The notes below the pieces were generated by a model. The model saw nothing but the letters and a program-made list of their open reading frames with translations. It made no database searches and had not been told where the DNA came from. From NCBI GenBank assembly GCA_039545335.1, contig BCIN01000010.1, forward strand, positions 248,001-312,000: 64,000 nt of DNA. Reading direction: 5' to 3'. A program made the position numbers and the translations under genes. This DNA comes from Kondoa subrosea. Lineage: Eukaryota. This document shows, in pieces, positions 13,108-25,452 of the stretch (the first letter of the stretch is position 1; every line of letters begins with the position of its first letter).

Positions 13108-13117
13108 TTTTGTAACA

Positions 13118-14284
<1,167 letters not shown>

Positions 14285-14556
14285 TCAGTTCTGTTTTACA
14301 CAGTCCGGTCGCAACCTACCTCATTGCAGCTGCATCAAGGCTGCATCGCGTTTTCCAAACGAGAATTAATGGATAACTAGACAACTGTTTACAACTGCCC
14401 ACGACTCGCTTTGAATCGGCAAGGAGTGCTTGCTCTCTAGCTTTGGTGCAACACAGTCACCGCAACACATCACAGCATCGCTCCTCAAATTGCCTCCAAT
14501 TGGCGAGAAATGACACAAGGAGCTGCGGCACTGGCATCCTGAAATCAACTTGAGCC

Positions 14557-17128
14557 ATGCAAGCGCGGAATCGTTACAAGAGCTCGATTCGCTCTGCTTA
14601 TGATGCAGCTGCCGCGGACCATTTCGTTGGCTCTCTAGATCGAGTGTCTGTACTTGGGCGAGATGATGCATCAGGTTACGGATCAGCAGGCGTGTATGGT
14701 CATACAGGCTGTGTGAATGCTATGAGTTGGAACCAGGCGGGTGATTTTCTGGCATCAGGAAGTGATGATTTCAGGATATGTATTTGGAAGATGGGACAAA
14801 CTCCGATAGTTCAAGATCCGTCAAACGATATTGAAGGTGCTTGGCCCAAGCTAGGAATGGATCTCAACACTACCATTAATACTGGGTGACTTTTTTGCAC
14901 CAAGTTCTCATTAGGCTGAGCTGATCTCTTATGAGTAGACATACACGGAATATCTTCAGTGTCAAATGGTCACCGTATTGCAGCTCCACTCGGTTGATTT
15001 CATGCGCTGGCGATGCTAAAGTGAAAGTCTTTGATATATCAAGGACTGCAGAAGCTTCTTCCTCTTCGTACGGGAACAAGACCTGGCAAGAGTTCTCTTC
15101 TGAGTCTGCTTACGTTCGAACTTTCAAGTGTCATCGTGATCGAGTGAAGCGTATCTCGCTGGAAGACTCTGCAGATGTCTTCCTCACTTGTTCAGAGGAT
15201 GGGACTGTCAGGCAACATGATCTTCGGGCTGAACATAGATGCGGAAGAGGCTCTTGTCCTGTTCCTCTTGTGGATTATTCAGGATCACAGATGTCCATCT
15301 ATAGTAAGTTCACTTGTATTTCCGACTCTGATTACAGCTAAGGATGACAATTTTAGCCTTGTCATCTTCAGCACTTCGACCCTTCCTCTTTGCATGCGGC
15401 GGCACTTCTCCATATGTCTATCTTCATGATCGACGTATGATACCCAGAACAATGAAGAAAGAATGGGGTGTGGCGGCACTCGACGGGCTCACAACTCAAT
15501 GCGTCAGACGTTTTGGCTTGGTAGAAGACGCATCGGACCATGATCACGTTGTCGCTTGCAAGATGAGCGAAGCAAACGGTCGTGAATTGCTTGTCTCTCT
15601 AAGTGGTGGAGCAGTAGCATTATATAACATCGACGCTGATCCCGTCAGACCGCCCCCGAAAGACAACATCAAGAGAAAGAGAAGTACAGCTTCCTCTACT
15701 GAAGCGCCGGTCAAGAAGGTCGAAAAACTGGACGAGAAGCTTCGATTCAACCAGCAACGGGATGCACTACTTTCGCACCTCGGCTTGACGGCTTCTGCTT
15801 CACCTAGCTCCCCGTCCGACTCATCTAAAATAATGAAAGATGTAGATGACCTCGTCAAGTCCCGACCTGAAGTAGCATCTGAACCATGGTTCCGACTGAC
15901 GAAAGTTTATTCTTTGCTGAAGCACGCAACAAGAAAAGCGGCTCTAGATGAACTAGTCAGACAACCGGACTTCGCTACCTCATCTTGGACTGGTAGTATG
16001 CGCCAACAACTGTTCGATATCGAAGAATATCTTAAAACGGAAAGGCATAATGAAGAAATCCGGGAGAAGATTGCACATTTAGTCGCGCTCTTGGTAAAGC
16101 ATGAAACACCTGCTATCGAAGATGATACGCAAGTCAAGACCCCAGTTGACGTCGGAAGAGATGACCCTTCACGAGACTCGAACGGTGAGGGAGGTCAATT
16201 GTCAGAAACGGACGAAAGTATGTATGAGGGAACCGAGAGCGATGGCTCGACAGAGGCGCACCTCTCGAGCGAAGAAGAAGAAGAAGAAGAAGTCCCAGGA
16301 GCTGATCCAAACGAGACCAGCACATTTTCAGCACATTTGCGAAGAAAGCAAGCTGAGAAGGACCAGCTCAAGGCATTACCTCTGGTGCTTCCAAAGCAGA
16401 CCTATCTAGGTCATCGAAATGTTGAAACGGTAACATCATTTTGTCATTCTTGGGAAACCAGCTAATCTATTCCTAGGTTAAAGATGTCAATTTCGGATTT
16501 GTCGAAGATGCAAAAGTCATGTCTGGCTCTGACGACGGACGACTGTTCCTTTGTGCGCAAACACTTCTATCTCAGCACTAAGGCAGTCGCTTATGTCTAC
16601 GCTTGTGCCCCGACAGGGAATAAGGAAACCGCAGAGATCGAGAACATACTGGAGGGCGATTCTTCGGTGGTCAATGTCATGATCACTCATCCGCGTCTGC
16701 CTGTCCTCGCTGTCTCTGGAATTGATAATACGATCAAGATCTTTGCACCCACTTCTATGGGCCCAAAGCGCTTCTCTGCACTGGCCGACAAGGACCAGAT
16801 TGTCGCTCAAAATGCTTCGCGAAGGACTCGTAGACCTAGCCGATGTAAATCATTCTGCCTGCGATGTCAAGTGTATGAGCTGAAGCCTTATGCAGCTTTT
16901 GTGCCGACCCAGGCATTGATGCGTTTGCTGGCTCAGAGAATGAATGCAATACCGGATGAAGAGGAGGAAGAAGAAGGAACCCAGCAGGGACAGCGAGTCA
17001 TGCATATCAGGCAAGAAGATATCAATGAACTCCTTGGTCAAGGTCAGTCTTTCTGTCTGACATCATTATGTGTCACAAAATACTCAATTTGAAAGCAAGG
17101 TGGTAATGACGAGTGCCGAGTGTCCTGA
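14557..17128 (+). CDS. DCAF6/DCAF8-like WD40 protein (putative CUL4-DDB1 substrate receptor)
   Basis: GHTGCVNAMSWNQAGDFLASGSDD, GHTRNIFSVKW, HRDRVKRI, FLTCSEDGTVRQHDLR, YLGHRNVETVKDVNF, SGSDDG and LAVSGIDNTIKIF. Confidence 0.88.
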
Positions 17129-17261
17129 ATACGCGTGCGTGGAGAAGACTTTGTGATACTGTAAAATAGCATTGCATCCCATTGCATTTTCAAGTTTGTT
17201 TCATCTTGTAAACAACCTCTCGGCTTGTACTCGAACCGCTACTTAAAGCTATACGCAAACT

Positions 17262-20200
17262 ATGGCTGATCAACCTGATACCAGCAGCTCTTATACCGCA
17301 CAGCAAACGAATGGGTCCTCGTCGAATGCGACTTTGCGTGAGCACATCTGTTTACGATTTTGAGATGTCATTTCCCAATGCAATACCCAGAAATTGTCAA
17401 TGAGGATCAAGAATTCACGTTTGTTCACTTTCGCGTCACTCCTGCTGAGCTTCAGCTTAACAAATCATGAAGCAATGACCTCTCGAAATACATGAAGACT
17501 TGGGATCTCTACGACAAAGCGTTCGCTTACAACATCATTGCTGTCTTTGGGTCACAATCTACCGGAAAGAGTCTGTCGTCACCATCAAGCATGTTTCGTC
17601 CGCTTACAATCAAGTCACTTCTCCAGGTACTCTTCTCAATGGTGTTTTCGGCACTCAATTTGGTGTAATGAGCGAGACTGAGAGAAGACAGACAACGAAG
17701 GGTATGGCTTTTGTAGCCTGGCAGTCTAGTAGCTAAGTTCTCGACGCCTAGGCATATGGATGTCGAAAGCGGTAGACGCAAGCGTACTGGTCATGGATGT
17801 CGAGGGAACAGACGGAAGAGAAAGGGGAGAAGATCAGGTGAGTTTGCTGCTAGCTGTTGTTACAGAAGCTGAACCTGAATATTAGGATTTCGAACGCAAA
17901 TCCGCCTTGTTTTCGATGGCCTCTGCTGAAGTTATACTGGTCAATCTATGGGAACATCAAATAGGTCTATACCAAGGAGCTAACAGTACGCTCTAGTCCC
18001 GCTCTGAACGGTCGCGCTGATGACGAGATAGTGGGATTGCTTAAAACCGTCTTTGAGGTCAATTTGAGTTTGTTTCAGGCTGGTAAGACAAAGTCTCAAG
18101 ACCGGTCACTACTGCTCTTTGTCATTCGTGATCACATTGGAACAACACCTTTACAGAATTTGCAGAATACCTTGACAGCGGATCTAAACAAACTTTGGGA
18201 TAGTTTAGCAAAGGTCAGCTGGTATTTTGAATATCTGTGGCTATTCCTCTAATCTTCACTCCAGCCTGAGAGCGCCGAGTCGTCCAAGATTTCGGACTAC
18301 TTCGATATGGCTTTCACGACTTTGCCCCATAAACTGCTTCAACCAAATGAATTTGCTCAAGGTATCAGGGAGTTGCGGAAACGCTTCGTCGATCCAAAAG
18401 ACGCGAACTACGCCTTTAAGTCTGCTTACCACAAGCGCATTCCAGCAGACGGTTGTGCGCCATACATGGCTGGAATCTGGGTGGGTTCGTGACATGAAAG
18501 GTTCTCCTTTGATTAATGTCGTCCACAGGATCAAGTAGTAAATAACAAAGACCTCGATCTCCCTACTCAGCAAGAATTATTGGCTCAATTTAGATGCGAC
18601 GAAATCGCTTCAGTCTCGTACAGCGAATTTGATCGTAGAATCGCGCAATTCCTGCAGCCTGTTGCTTCTGGCACTATTGTTGCTACTTTAGGAGAAGGCA
18701 TGAAGGTTGCTAGGGACTTTGCACTGAGTCTGCAACACCTCATGTGTTTAGCTAGAATGAGGCTGAAACTTAAAGGATAGCTCAATTCGATAAGGACGCC
18801 TCGCGCTATCATACCGGAGTCTACAATCGCAAGCGGACTGAATTGGTCGAGAAAATGCATGCAGCCCTTTCGCCCCTCTTCATGGGTCAATTGCAAAATG
18901 TGCACAAGAGCGTTCTCGCGCAGTTCAAGAAAGAGTTACTTGATGGGTTGAAAGGCGACGGGTACGATTTTGGATCAGTCGTAGTCGAGACGAGGCGGAA
19001 GGCAGAAGAGAGCTTCAAGAGTCAAGCTGTTGGTAAGTTAGCATCTGATCGCTCATGGGAATGCTGACAATACTGCAGCCATTCTTCTAAAGGACACTAC
19101 CTGGTCATACGACGAAAACTTCAAAGCATTTACAGCTGAGTTGACTGGTATAGCCGATACTTGCAGAGTCGACGAAACTCGAAAGATGGTCACAGCGATT
19201 GAAGTGAGCCTGATGCGCACATCTAGTGATATAACATATCTCATTAACATCAATATCTTTGATAGAGGAACTTCAAAAAACAAATAGCAGAACCCGTCGA
19301 ATTAGCGCTTAATAAGCCTTCACCTACCATGTGGGATCAAATCTTGTCTTCCTTCAAGGATGCTCTAAGCAAAGCTGAGGCGCAATATATGCGCAAAGCC
19401 GAAAGTTCGTCCCTTCTAGAATTCCCGTTTGGGCACCAAGCTGAGTTTAGTGGCCTCAGGTTTCAACTGCACAGAAGAAGAGAACGCAACTGCTCTAGCT
19501 TCTTTGAGGAAACGTGCTTGGCTTTCATTCAAAGACAAGATTACCGAGCAAACTGTTGATGCAACTATGCTTATCAAGCTTAAGCTAAACTTCGAAGATC
19601 GCTTCCGCTATGATGACGACGGCGTACCTCGAGTATGGAAGCCGACTGATGATATTGATGCCCTCTTCCGCAAAGCTAAAGAAGAGGTAAGTCTGACTTG
19701 GCTTCGACGCAAGTGCAAATAGCTCATGCTATTGACGTACAGACGCTGGCATTGATTCCTCTCTTCGCCCGGATTAAACCTTCGGATTCGAGTAATTCCT
19801 TCACTTTGGCAGAGGAGGAGACTTCTGGATCTGAATTGGACGAACCTGAATTCGAATTCGCCTCTAGTCTGATTATCTTCAGCGATAGCAAATCAGAAGA
19901 ATTGGCATCTCGTTTCCGTAGGGAAGCAGATGCCTACTATATCGAAGCGAAGAGAAGCTTGGTCAGCAGTATCAGTCAAATACCTGCATGGCTTTATGTT
20001 GTGATTGCCATTTTGGGCTGGAACGAGTTCTGGGCTGTTTTGAAGAGCCCGCTATACTTCACGACTCTGGCTCTGCTGGCCGGCATAGCCTATGTGATCT
20101 TCAAGATGAACATGGTATGCCTGACATGCCTTAGGAATTCCGAAGCATCTAACCTACCTTCCTCAGGCTGGACCTGTTCTTTCTATCGCTCAGGGAACGT

Positions 20201-20388
20201 ACGACACCGCGATTGATGTAGCCAAGGCTAAGCTCGTGAGCTGCGAGAACTATTGCTATCTAAATACACGCTGATATGGCTCGAAGCGCGAGCACTTTGC
20301 GCAACCTGAGCCAATCCGGGTCCCAGTTGAAAATGGCAGGCCAGACAGAACGGGAAGAGAGAGCATAGAGCTACGGAAAATGCAATGA
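17262..20388 (+). CDS. SEY1: Atlastin-like ER fusion GTPase Sey1/RHD3
   Basis: [51 protein letters not shown] and a C-terminal TM hairpin [21 protein letters not shown]. Confidence 0.97.
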
Positions 20389-20409
20389 GCTACCGTTGCT
20401 GTTGACATT

Positions 20410-21389
20410 TCACTCAATTTGATGTTTATTTGCGGTATTCTCGTATGATCTGTACAATTTCCAGACACGCTCGTTTATGGTGCATTTACTCAAGATATCT
20501 TTCGCCCTGGGAGTTTGATTCGCCTCCTTCAACTCAGGAGATCCGAGGGGATCGCTGCCATCTTCGGAGAATTCTGAAGAGGGAAGTAAGATGCGTGCAT
20601 TATTCTCAATAAAATGGGAGCACCGTAAAGAGTGAACCGTCTAGGCGCGATGTTTGGTCTAGGATCACGCCCTTTTCCCGAATTGAGTGAGTCAATGAGT
20701 GCCCAGCGAGACGTTCGAAGCCATCCAGGTAGCTTGTTGAGCTTCTCGAGATGCTCCTCTTCGTACCTGTCAAGCCTCGTTTAGTATGGATCTCTACCTT
20801 TATGAGACAATGGCAGACCATTTATCGAGCTCTTTGTCAGTCATCTCGGTCTCGATATCGACAGTCAAGATGTAAGCAGCTGGCTTATCTAGCTTTACGG
20901 GTCCGGTGATGCCAATCAAGTTATACGACCTTCGGTCCAGAGTAGCCAGATTGGCGACAACATTTGCTTCTCTTTTAGATCTGTTGGCGCGTAATCCAGC
21001 ATAACGTGGATCCTTGAAGAAATCACTATTGGTGACTTCATAAGCTGCAGTGAAAGAAGGCGTCTTGCCGTCCACAGCTTGATAACGACAGCCGGTCAAG
21101 AATTCTGGCAGGCTGAGTAAGAGGTAGTCAGAAGCAAGTCTTGACATAGCTCAGCGGGGAGATTACTTGTTGTCCATGCGCAGAGGCCATACATAAGTTT
21201 TAGATAATGCAACAGACATTGCTGACACAGGAGAGGCTCACTACATGCTCATTGTTGTACCCTGCATAGATCTCATCGCTTTAGCACCGCTTACTGCTAA
21301 CGATCATCAGAGCGGTACATACAATCTTGGTATTCTGTTACAGCGACATCTCCAGGTTCGCTTTCCACATACAGCAACCCGCGAGTCAT
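20410..21389 (-). CDS. EthD-like dimeric alpha-beta barrel protein
   Basis: MTRGLLYVESEPG...YQDWYNNEHV...LLSLPEFLTGCRYQA...AAYEV...LDRRSY, followed by a second repeat (ELDKW...GWLRTSR). An additional upstream exon is possible. Confidence 0.65.
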
Positions 21390-21500
21390 TGGTCCAGGAA
21401 AACTGCTTTAAGTTAGATCATTAAGCGAGGTGTTATTTCATCGGGTCATATACATAACGGAGCGTGCTATACCTTGCGTCACGAGGGAGATCTTCGCGCA

Positions 21501-23097
21501 ATGGAGCAGTGTGGGAAGATCGCACAGCTCATCAGTCGGTCTTTCCGAATCATCTAACGAGGGAGCGATACTTACATGAAGTGCTGCTGGTATCTAGAGC
21601 AGGCAAAGAATATTATAGTGCTCACTGGAGCAGGAGTTTCTACTTCTGCTGGTATTCCCGACTTCAGGTCACCTGAAACTGGACTGTGAGCTCTACAGAG
21701 TCATTTCGAGTTGTACTCTGATCTGCGAGTAGCTATGCGAATTTGGAGAAGTACAACCTGCCCTATCCAGAAGCAATCTTCGAGCTAGGGTGAGTGTATT
21801 CTGTTACAAAGACGCCGCTCAAGTATAGCCAGGTATTTTATGAAGACACCTCAGCCCTTCTTCACTTTGGCGGCAGCCCTTTACCCTGGAAATTTCTCGC
21901 CTACTTTGACACATGCTTTCTGTGTTCTGCTACACCAAAGGGGTATACTGAAACGCGTGTTCACTGTTCGTATCATTTTCTCGCTCTCGTCTCGACCAGG
22001 GGTCTGACACTAGGCTCTTATTGCAGCAAAATATCGACACTCTTGAAGAAAGAGCAGGTAGTTCAATTTGTCTTGTACCTACTATCCCTCAGATTTCTTG
22101 CAGGACTCCCGAAGGACAAAATTGTAGAAGCGCATGGTGAGCTCATTGCAAGCTGAGGTTCGACTATCCGATTCATTCACCCAGGATCCTTTGCGTCGGC
22201 AACATGTCTTCACTGCAAATCAAAGTATACAGCGGAGGAGATTCGCGAGCAAGTATTGAAAGGAGAAATCGTTCTATGCCAACGTAAAACCTGCAAGAAC
22301 CGTCCAAGTGCGCTTATAAAACCTGACATCGTGTTGTGAGTGGGAGACTACTTCGTCACATTCCGAGAGACTGAGATGTCGTCAAGCTTCGGAGAAGGTT
22401 TACCTGACCGGTTTTTTAAGCTCATGGCCGATTTCAAGAATTGTGATTTGCTCATCACAATCGGCACATCGCTCAAAGTTCATCCTTTCGCTGGTCTAAT
22501 CGATCTCGTACCTGAGAATTGTCCGAGAGTATTGATCAACATGGAGAAGGTGGGTGAAATAGACGAATACGAGCCCTCAGCAATGTTTGGCCGATACAGA
22601 GAAACTGGATTTGATTTGTCAGTCTTCTACCTTCTTTGAGCTGCCTAGTGAGCTCAAGACAGATGTAGCGAAGGTGTATCACTCGGAGGCAAAGACAAAG
22701 CTCGCGATTTCGCTGTTATAGGCAAGTGCGATGAGGCTTGCTTGATGATGGCGGAAAAATTGGGCTGGAAAGTGCGTGATCAAAACTTAATCTTCTCTCC
22801 TGGACTTGATGCAGGCTCACGATATAGGATGATCTGAAGAGGATCTATAAAGCCTGTCAAACGAACCTGGAAAAATCTCAAGGCACCCAAACTTCTCCAT
22901 CTTCTCCATCCGAAAAGGAACAAGACGCCCTCTCCAACAAAGATACAGTGAAGCAGGAAGCGACTAAAGAAGACGTCGAAAACTTGATCGGTGCGCTGGA
23001 TAAAGTACTGGATCTGAAGGAGCCCGCCAGCGGCGAATCGAGCAAAGAGGAAGTACACCAGCAAAGTACGGTTCCGGCGAAGAGCGCGAATTTGTAG
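21501..23097 (+). CDS. HST2: NAD-dependent deacetylase, class I sirtuin (Hst2/SIRT2-like)
   Basis: [66 protein letters not shown] and [11 protein letters not shown]. Confidence 0.93.
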
Positions 23098-23197
23098 GGA
23101 GGTACAGTGGAAGCACACCATGTAGATCAAGCTTGTACAAGTAATATAAATTACCTTTGTTGTTCTTCAAACACCATCTCCGAAACCGGAATTAGCA

Positions 23198-25349
23198 ATG
23201 AATGTGCTGGTGTATGCAGGACCTGGCACCTCCAAGCGCGGCACAGAACTACTTCGCGTCGCGCTCTCATCGCTTCTCAACCCAACATATGCTGTAATGC
23301 TAGCTACACCTAAGATGCTTCGTGAAGAGCCGTGGGAAGCTGCTACTGCCCTTCTCGCTTTTCCTGGTGGCAGAGATCTGCCGTACATGCAAGAATTAGG
23401 TGGAAAGGCGAATGCTCGAATCAAGCAATGGGTTGAAGCTGGCGGTCGCTATCTTGGTATTTGCGCAGGTCAGTACCTCAGGAGACTCATTGATGACGCT
23501 GACACAGAATGCTAGGGGCTTATTATGCGGCTGCAGCAATCGAATTTGATTTAGGCCGAAGTAATCAAGTTGTTGGCACTCGCGAGCTGGGCTTCTTTGA
23601 AGGCGTCTGCGTTGGTCCTACATATCCCGGATTTGTCTATGATAGCGAAAATGGGGCCCGAACCACGAACGTCCTGCTACAACTCCCTAGCGAAGAGAGT
23701 GTAACGGCCGAAGCATACTGGAACGGCGGTTGTTTGTTTCGCCCTGCAGAAGACAGCAGCAACTATAACTGTATCCTCACATACTCAGATCTACCGGAGA
23801 GTCCGATTGCAGCTGTGTTATGTACTCCTGGCAAAGGCAAAGCAGTTTTATCAGGCAGTCTGTTCCGGAAACTCTTGACTCGTTATTCACCTGAAATTCA
23901 TACACAGTACATCCTGAATATCCATTGGTCCAGGCGACCGAATCACATTCGCTATTGCCGAAAATCGATCTATTGCGCAGCTTTGTCAAATTGCTGGACC
24001 TGGACATGGAAAGACATGCCTCATCTCCGCCTGCTCTGACTCCTTTGCATATTATTACTTCCTCAGAGCAAGCGTTGCGGAGCATCCTCGAATCACTAGC
24101 ATTTAAATTCCAACTTTCTTTGTCGTCTCCGATGGTTGATGCCAAGAACACCTTCTTCTATTGCGGCAACGAGGCATGTCCAGAAAGCGATGATCCTCAG
24201 TCTACGTACATTCTGACAGCTCCTCCGCTTGCACACCACTTCAATACTGCGGACTATTATCGTGTTTTGCGAACAAGCAGACTAGGGCAATGTATAATGT
24301 ACGGTCGAGTTATGGAAAGTACTCAAACAATTCTAGACAAGTCCGTTGTCCCTTGCTAGCTTCCTTCTATCTGCCATTGAAGTTTTGCGCTTGCGCTTTC
24401 CTTCAGAAATCCTCGATTTCTCAATGCTCTGCCGGAAGGCTTCCTTGCCACAGCATCCTTTCAAACTGCCGGTAGAGGTAGAGGGAACAACGCTTGGCTT
24501 TCACCAGCCGGGAGTCTCCCATTTTCTCTCGTCGTGCGGATACCTTTAGCACTAGCTAGCAAAATCGTGTTCATTCAGTATTTGTTTGCTTTGGCGGTGG
24601 TCGAGGCTCTAGATAGACCTCAACAGAATGAAAGGAAATTGGGCATATGTATCAAATGGCCAAATGACATCTATGCGGATTTAGGTGCTGGAGGTGTAGA
24701 TGGCCAGCGATTCAAGAAAATTGGCGGCATCCTGGTCAACTCCTCATACTCCGCGAAAGAATTTACGGTCATTATCGGTCGGTTGTGCTTTGCCTGAATA
24801 CCGAAGACAAAGACTGACTATGCTGACTGGTTCAGGCTGTGGTATCAATGTTTCGAATGAGAAGCCGAGTCTCAGCTTAGCTGAGCTAGTTAGCCTCTAC
24901 AACCAAAGATATTGCTCGAGGCTTCCAGCTCCGAATGTGGAAGAAACTTTAGCAGAAGTCCTGACGACATTCGAGCCAATGCTAGAACAGTTGAAGGCGT
25001 CGGCCAGCTTCGAGCCATTCCTTGAGCGATACCAACGGAGCTGGATACATTCGTGAGCGCTTTCTTGAGTCTGCTAGCTTGACTTCGCTAATCAGGGATA
25101 AAGAAATCAAACAATTACCATAGAAGAAAGTGGCAGGCAGGCGCAAATAGAGACTATTACTTCTGATCACGGTCTTCTTCGAGCTCGTTACGTCGATGCA
25201 CAAGGCCGATACGAAGGCGATAATGTAGATCTGCAGCGTAAGCATTTGATCCAGTGCAAGACATCTTCGGTGTTGACTCTGATGAATATTACTCAGCCGA
25301 TGGCAATAGTTTCGACATGCTCAAAGGGTTGATCAGGCGCAAAACGTGA
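23198..25349 (+). CDS. BPL1: Biotin-protein ligase (holocarboxylase synthetase) with N-terminal GATase-like domain
   Basis: MNVLVYAGPGT, FPGGRDLPY, GGRYLGICAGAYY, QTAGRGRGNNAWLSP, IKWPNDIYA, KKIGGILVN and PDGNSFDMLKGLI. Confidence 0.96.
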
Positions 25350-25452
25350 AGAGAAAACCGTGAAACTTGTAACGGGGGAACCGATTTGATATTCCATGAA
25401 TTAATGGTTCATATTATGCTAAACAATGATCGGCCGTTTGGCAGCGTTGATG

